Source of the DNA: Candidatus Poribacteria bacterium
GTDB taxonomy: Bacteria; Poribacteria; WGA-4E; JAJDTR01
Direction of reading: 5' to 3'
DNA: 64,000 bases
Assembly (NCBI GenBank): GCA_965222225.1
Contig: CBDCTK010000002.1
Location: forward strand, 4,544,001 to 4,608,000
Part shown: in pieces, positions 58,895 to 64,000 of the stretch
How positions within the stretch are numbered: position 1 is the first letter of the stretch
Layout of the letters: every line of letters starts with the position of its first letter
Notes under the pieces: generated by a model
Databases searched by the model: none
The model's input: the letters and a program-made list of their open reading frames with translations, nothing else
What the model was told of the DNA's origin: nothing
Position numbers and translations under genes: made by a program

Positions 58895-61603
58895 ATGTCG
58901 ACACGATGGCCCTACAAATTCCACATTGTTGTGGTGTTACTGCTGCTCAGTGGATGCGCAATTTTTAGACCGCAGCAAGGAACGGAAAAAGAGATTGTCG
59001 ATCCCTTGATTGAACGCCACGAGCAGTGGAAAAAGCAGATTGACCGAGGGAATTGGGCATTTCAAAACGGCGATTTTGGGACGGCAATCACGGCATACGA
59101 GGCGGCGCTCGCGATTAAACCGACATCAAGCGAGGTTCAGCGCAAAATCGGCGAAATTCACTTTCAACAGCAGCACTATGAAAAAACTGCCGCCGCCTTC
59201 GCCGCGTATCTGAAACTGAAGCCGGGAGACACCATCGTACGGAACTATCTTGGGTACACTTATGAAGAACTGAATGACTACGACTCGGCGGCTCAAGAAT
59301 ATGAAGGTACGTTGAAATACGACCCCGTGGATTTGTACGCTTTGAACCACCTCGGTTTGGCGTACAAGCAGACAGGGCATCTTGATGAGGCCGAACGTAC
59401 ACTGCGGAAGGTCTTGGAGCTTGATCCTAAATGCCAGAGGAATGAGAGCGAAAACTTGCATAACTATTTGGGGGCGATTCACCTGGAACGAGAAGAGATT
59501 GGTGATGCTATTGCCGAGTTCCGTGAATCTGCTCGGCTTTTTCCGAATGCCGTTTGGCCGCGTCAGCAACTAGCCGTGCTGTATGAGTCGCGCGGGCATT
59601 ACTACCAGGCACAACTCCAGTATCAGAAAATCTTGGCGATTGACCCAGATAACCTGCTGGCTCCGACGCGTCTCCAAGCGCTGTCGCAACTGAATACGAG
59701 TGCGTCAGTTTCGCCAGAGGTAGCCCCGGTGAATATCGTAGACATCGATTCCGAAAGCATCATCGCGGAAGCATCCAAACGGGACCGTTATCTCGACGCC
59801 GATGTGATAATTCTGCTGAATCAGTTCAGCCATGACATCTCCCCCACCGGGCAGTCGAGATACACGACGCATCAGATTGTAAAACTTTTGACACAGCGTG
59901 GTATTGAGAAATACGACGACATCGCTATTCCCTACCAACCAAATGCGCAAAATCTCAACGTCAACATTGCACGTACAATCACCCCCGACGGAACAATTGT
60001 TCAGCCTTCCGACGAAGGTTATAATGAAGTCACGCCGCCCGGACTCTTGTCATATAATATCTATTCGGATGTTCTATGGAAGGTCATCTCCATGCCTGCG
60101 CTATCGCCGGGGGCAATAATTGAATATCAAGTGACGTTTCAAGATATCGCAAGTGAATCCGTCGGGAAACAAACGTGGTTTTGGGGAGGGTTCAACTTTC
60201 AATCGACCGTTCCGACCTTGGAAGCGCGTTATGCCCTGCGCCTCCCCGATGATTTGAAATTTCGGTGGAAAACGCACAATTGCGAACTTACGCCGCAGGT
60301 ACAACAAGCATCTGAAACAACCACGTATTTGTGGTCGGCAACCGATGTGCCGCCGATTGATGAGGAAACAGGAATGCCCGCTGTCAACGATGTGGCGATG
60401 CGGCTAAGCTATTCGTCATTGGAATCGTGGGACGAGGTCTACACTTGGTATAAAGATCTTGCGAAAAATCGATACCACGCGGATCATGCCATCCAATCAG
60501 TAGTCGATCAACTGACTGTGAACATTCCGAAAACGGAAGACAAAATTCGTGAAATCTACAACTTTGTGGCATCCAAGATTCGTTACGTCGGGATTGAACT
60601 CGGTCAAAGCGCTTATCAACCTTCTCCCGCCTCGGACGTCATGAATAACTTGTATGGCGACTGCAAGGACAAGACAACACTGCTAATAACAATGCTCGAT
60701 CTCGTTAGCGTCAAAGCTTTTCCGGTATTGCTCAACCCTTCGCCTCATGACCGGATCGATACCGACCTTCCATCTCTCGGACAGTTTAGTCATATGATAG
60801 CTGCGGTTCCCAATTCTAACGGGGATTATATATGGCTAGATGCGACATCCAACACCTGCAGCTTTGGAGACCTTCCGGACGTTAATCAGGGACGCAAAGG
60901 ATTTCTAATCGGTGATGAATCCGGGAAATTCATAGACATTCCGATTATTCCGGCAGAAGCCAATCAATTAATCCTCAAGACCGACATGCAATTGGACGAA
61001 GAGGGCGCGGTTCATGGGGAGATTACCATGCGGACGAGGGGACAGTACAACCTTGATTCGCGGTTGAGGTACCGACAATTGAGGCCGAATGATTGGAAAG
61101 ATACCCTTGCTGTCGAACTAAGCCACCAATTTCCGGGGATCCATGTGGATTGGGTAACGTCCTCCAATTTGGGCAACCTTGACAATCCGGTCGAGATGAG
61201 AGTTGGTTTCCGTGTTGACGATTACGCGCAATCCATTGATGGGCGGGTGTTATTGCCTCTCCCGATTGATGAGTTCGGGGATTATGCCGAACTCTTCGCG
61301 GCAACGACGCGAAAGTATGCACTTAATCTCGGCTACCCGATGCAAGTGAAAAAAGAGATTTCAATTGAACTACCGGATGGCTGGATGGCGATACTACCCG
61401 ACGAACTTACCATGGAGTCCAGTGTTGCAACCGTGAATCGTCAATTCAGTGGAGATGGAAATTTCATTCGTTATGAACTCAGTTTTACACTTAATCAATC
61501 AGTGATTTCGCCCGAGGGATATTTTGCAGCCAAGCAGTTTTTTGACACGCTTGCGAGAGAGGATGGCAGCCACCTAATTCTTGAGCGCCTGCAAGGGAGT
61601 TAA
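58895..61603 (+). CDS. TPR + DUF3857 + transglutaminase-like lipoprotein
   Basis: Lipobox LSGC, several TPRs, catalytic triad motifs GDCKD, FSHMI and WLDAT. Confidence 0.88.
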   Translation: MSTRWPYKFHIVVVLLLLSGCAIFRPQQGTEKEIVDPLIERHEQWKKQIDRGNWAFQNGDFGTAITAYEAALAIKPTSSEVQRKIGEIHFQQQHYEKTAAAFAAYLKLKPGDTIVRNYLGYTYEELNDYDSAAQEYEGTLKYDPVDLYALNHLGLAYKQTGHLDEAERTLRKVLELDPKCQRNESENLHNYLGAIHLEREEIGDAIAEFRESARLFPNAVWPRQQLAVLYESRGHYYQAQLQYQKILAIDPDNLLAPTRLQALSQLNTSASVSPEVAPVNIVDIDSESIIAEASKRDRYLDADVIILLNQFSHDISPTGQSRYTTHQIVKLLTQRGIEKYDDIAIPYQPNAQNLNVNIARTITPDGTIVQPSDEGYNEVTPPGLLSYNIYSDVLWKVISMPALSPGAIIEYQVTFQDIASESVGKQTWFWGGFNFQSTVPTLEARYALRLPDDLKFRWKTHNCELTPQVQQASETTTYLWSATDVPPIDEETGMPAVNDVAMRLSYSSLESWDEVYTWYKDLAKNRYHADHAIQSVVDQLTVNIPKTEDKIREIYNFVASKIRYVGIELGQSAYQPSPASDVMNNLYGDCKDKTTLLITMLDLVSVKAFPVLLNPSPHDRIDTDLPSLGQFSHMIAAVPNSNGDYIWLDATSNTCSFGDLPDVNQGRKGFLIGDESGKFIDIPIIPAEANQLILKTDMQLDEEGAVHGEITMRTRGQYNLDSRLRYRQLRPNDWKDTLAVELSHQFPGIHVDWVTSSNLGNLDNPVEMRVGFRVDDYAQSIDGRVLLPLPIDEFGDYAELFAATTRKYALNLGYPMQVKKEISIELPDGWMAILPDELTMESSVATVNRQFSGDGNFIRYELSFTLNQSVISPEGYFAAKQFFDTLAREDGSHLILERLQGS

Positions 61604-61762
61604 GAGCCGGTATGAATAATAAGTGGCAAAGCCGTTTTTGGGCATTTGAGTTGCTATTGCCTGTCGCCCCGCTGGGACTTTTGATGCGTAGTGAATCGGC
61701 GTTTCTACACACCTATCGCCCCGCTGGGGCTTTCAAAGGTTGGTGTGCAGTGCGCACTCTAC
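61604..61762 (+). mobile_element. Diverged MITE copy lacking 38-bp insertions
   Basis: TAA stop followed by GAGCCGGTATGAATAATAAGTGGCAAAGCCGTTTTTGG; internal CGCCCCGCTGGGGC hairpin and uninterrupted GGTGTGCAGTGCGCACTCTAC. Confidence 0.65.
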
Positions 61763-61855
61763 AAAAGTCGCGAGCTGGAGGAGAGAAGAAATCGACGATT
61801 TGATGATTGCCGATCCTTGAAAATCAGGTGAGATTGTCCTTCAGAAATACTAGGC

Positions 61856-61884
61856 TTGCATTTTTGATTTGAATCGGGTATAAT
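61856..61884 (+). promoter_or_regulatory. Sigma70 promoter of cold-shock gene
   Basis: TTGCAT-N17-TATAAT, implying a 5' UTR of about 160 nt. Confidence 0.7.
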
Positions 61885-62048
61885 AATATTTTAGTGCAAC
61901 TGCAGCATGGATTTAGCAAGTTCTGTAAGTAGTGTTAGGTTCAAAACTGAAGCATTTTCCCGGCATGGTGTCATTTTGTACCTCTCAGCTTTTCAGGCTT
62001 CACGAGACATTTGCAGGTTGTAGATTCAATCAAAGGAGGTGCAATTCA

Positions 62049-62258
62049 ATGGCGCAAGGTAAAGTAAAATGGTTTAGCGACCAGAAGGGCTATGGATTTA
62101 TTACCACGGATGAAGGTGAAGATGTCTTTGTGCATTATTCCAACATCGGTGGGGATGGTTTCAAGAGCCTTGATGAAGACGACCAAGTTGAGTTTAACAT
62201 GGTTCAAGGGCCCAAAGGCTTTCAGGCTGAGGAAGTAAAGAAGGTTTCGGCTTGGTAA
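62049..62258 (+). CDS. cspA: Cold-shock protein
   Basis: GKVKWF, KGYGFI (RNP1), VFVHYS (RNP2); RBS AGGAGG. Confidence 0.95.
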   Translation: MAQGKVKWFSDQKGYGFITTDEGEDVFVHYSNIGGDGFKSLDEDDQVEFNMVQGPKGFQAEEVKKVSAW

Positions 62259-62280
62259 ATTAAACAAACACTGTCCGGGG

Positions 62281-62313
62281 AAAAAGGCTCTCAATCAATT
62301 GAGAGCCTTTTTT
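62281..62313 (+). terminator. Bidirectional intrinsic terminator
   Basis: AAAAAGGCTCTCAAT-CA-ATTGAGAGCCTTTTTT. Confidence 0.88.
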
Positions 62314-62329
62314 GTGCCTGAGAGTCGAA

Positions 62330-62602
62330 GAGGATATCCGCCGAGACGCCGGTCATCTACAATTCTTCAGGGAAGGAAAGTGTGTACAGAATCTACAATT
62401 GCAGGACGTTCATCCGGGGATGCGCGAGGACGACCGTATTCAGCTCGACGCTTTTGATGACGCGATTATCACGGAAACAGATCGCGATTGGCTTCAGGAG
62501 ACAGCCTTAGACACATGGGTTTTGATGGAGGCATGCAACGAATCTGCTCAAACCCGGGAGCGGGTAGATGTTCAAGCGTTTCGGGCGAGGTTGATAGATT
62601 AA
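62330..62602 (+). pseudogene. Probable Gfo/Idh/MocA C-terminal remnant
   Basis: QLDAFDDAI...ALDTWVLMEACNESAQTRERV resembles the family C-terminus; no N-terminal domain; begins right after a terminator. Confidence 0.45.
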
Positions 62603-62717
62603 GGGATAGGATTGAGGAAGTTCGGATGGTTCTTATCATCCGGACGATAGGATTTAAGGTAACTTCAACTTAACATCCAAGAAGAGCAGGGAGCAGCCGG
62701 AACAAACTAGAGGAAAA

Positions 62718-62809
62718 GGCTGGTGGGATCTCTATCCGGATCTGTTCAGTCGTTTGATTGCAGGGGAATTCTATCGCCCTCCTTAATCAGTCGGTTGATC
62801 GCACCCTAC
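62718..62809 (+). repeat. One REP carrying two separate 38-bp-family insertions
   Basis: GGCTGGT, unit 62725-62759, GCA, unit 62763-62800, then GCACCCTAC. Confidence 0.78.
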
Positions 62810-62825
62810 AAAATAACAATCAGTT

Positions 62826-63416
62826 CTAATCGTGGCCGGCACTGGCACTGTAGATGTCAACATCTGAAACCTTGATGTAACTGCCGATTGCGGCTTCGTA
62901 TGTTCCTCCACTCCAGCGCGCCACGTTGATGACGTTTTCGTGTTCCTCGTCCTCAAAATTCCAGTAGTAAAACGGCTCGCTCTCGGAACCGTCATTTTCA
63001 TAAAATTGGCTTTCCCCGGACGCAGTGAAGTAGTAGATTACACCATCAAAGTCAAAGTTGCCAGTTTCCTCATCGTCAACGGCAGTTAAATCTTCGGGCG
63101 TTAAGCCAAGGGAGGCAAAAGGCATTTCTCGTGTGAGGCTCACGTTCAAACCTCCGCGATCTTGCCAGTCGAGCCAATACGTTCGCCCCTCATCGCCGGT
63201 CAACTTTAATTCAAACCACTCTCCGTCTTCTTCCGTATACCTGTCCCTTTGCTCTACGAGGTATTCGATTCCGTTGACAGCAAGGACTCCGCCCGGTTTC
63301 ACGTCATCCAGGGTTGGCGGCGATTCGACAAGATCAGATTCTTTTTTCCGTAAGAAAAGCACCCAAATAACAGCTATCACGACCAAGACGCCCGCAAGTA
63401 CGATTATTAGTTCCAC
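62826..63416 (-). CDS. DUF4178-like membrane-anchored protein
   Basis: N-terminal TM; acidic domain with RYTEEDGEWFE, WLDW, FYYWNF, VARW. Confidence 0.65.
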   Translation of the reverse strand: MELIIVLAGVLVVIAVIWVLFLRKKESDLVESPPTLDDVKPGGVLAVNGIEYLVEQRDRYTEEDGEWFELKLTGDEGRTYWLDWQDRGGLNVSLTREMPFASLGLTPEDLTAVDDEETGNFDFDGVIYYFTASGESQFYENDGSESEPFYYWNFEDEEHENVINVARWSGGTYEAAIGSYIKVSDVDIYSASAGHD

Positions 63417-63501
63417 AATCTGTTATTCCGTGTAGACAGTGCCCTGCCTTTGCTAAGCCCTTCCGTGTCGGATATAGACTTGCCGTATTCTCCGACCAGC
63501 G

Positions 63502-64000
63502 TCATTTTCCATATCCCCTACTGCCACCCCTGAACGAACCGCCACTTCGAGTAGAGGCTCGGGTTCTACCAAAACCGGAAGTCCGACTTCTACTAGAGGA
63601 GGTACTGGATCTGTTAACTGACGATCTCGTCGCAGAAGATCTACTGCTTCCAAATCCGCCCCTGCGAGAGGCGCCGCTCGTCCGCGCCGCCATGGCGCGC
63701 TTAGACTTCATCTGCGTGATAGATTTTGGCGCCTGAGTGCGGCTTTGTGCTTTGCTGCTTCTTGCCACATTGCTGGCTGGTCTGGTTGAGGCAGGAGATG
63801 TGTTGTAGCGTGTTACCGTGCGCGTCACGCTGCGGGTCGCCACCGGCATGTGCCTACCGCCGTAGAATCCTCCGTACCAACCACCACCGTACCAACCGCG
63901 CCCGTACCAGCCGTACGGCCGGAAAAGAATGTCGCGAAGAATCATATATTGGAAGTACGACGCCATCCAACTATGCCCCTGGGCGTGATAGGTGCTGTTG
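63502..64000 (-). CDS. 5'-partial protein with Gly/Tyr-rich and Arg/Ser/Gly-rich C-terminus
   Basis: Frame is open to the window edge; ends RSGGSFRGGSRGYGK. Confidence 0.7.
   Translation of the reverse strand, partial: NSTYHAQGHSWMASYFQYMILRDILFRPYGWYGRGWYGGGWYGGFYGGRHMPVATRSVTRTVTRYNTSPASTRPASNVARSSKAQSRTQAPKSITQMKSKRAMAARTSGASRRGGFGSSRSSATRSSVNRSSTSSSRSRTSGFGRTRASTRSGGSFRGGSRGYGK

Noticed and set aside
1-64000. tRNA, rRNA, tRNA-Sec, RAYT or other intact transposase genes
   Set aside because: None recognised on either strand by eye; the only transposase trace is a Tn3 fragment.

Overview
Bacterial chromosomal window, about 50% GC by eye. Gene content points to Candidatus Poribacteria (inference): six phytanoyl-CoA dioxygenase paralogs, orphan EutN/CcmL vertex genes, and secreted proteins ending in a 'V[DE]PxxKLxxTWGxxK' tail. 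Housekeeping genes: modAB, hemW, ribD-ribE-ribBA-ribH behind a degenerate FMN-riboswitch-like leader, a methyltransferase/nuclease pair, hisH, a sigma54 two-component system, ABC/RND/MFS transporters and a cold-shock gene. The accessory middle carries glycoside-hydrolase-like and GT-C-like genes plus several pseudogenes. Two genes broken in the ORF track are probably selenoproteins with an in-frame TGA (5988..6476 and 46302..46643). The most unusual signal is a 38-bp micro-element at nine intergenic loci (approximate consensus GGGATYTCTATCGCNNTCNYTATYCNNTCNNTTGATC). It sits inside GTAG-type REP hairpins, always in the same polarity. Each insertion appears to delete about 2-4 target bases instead of duplicating them, and the unit nests inside earlier copies of itself. 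Some arrays lie within an IS5-like MITE that favours stop codons. No mobilising enzyme is visible in the window. All calls come from reading the sequence; no searches were run.
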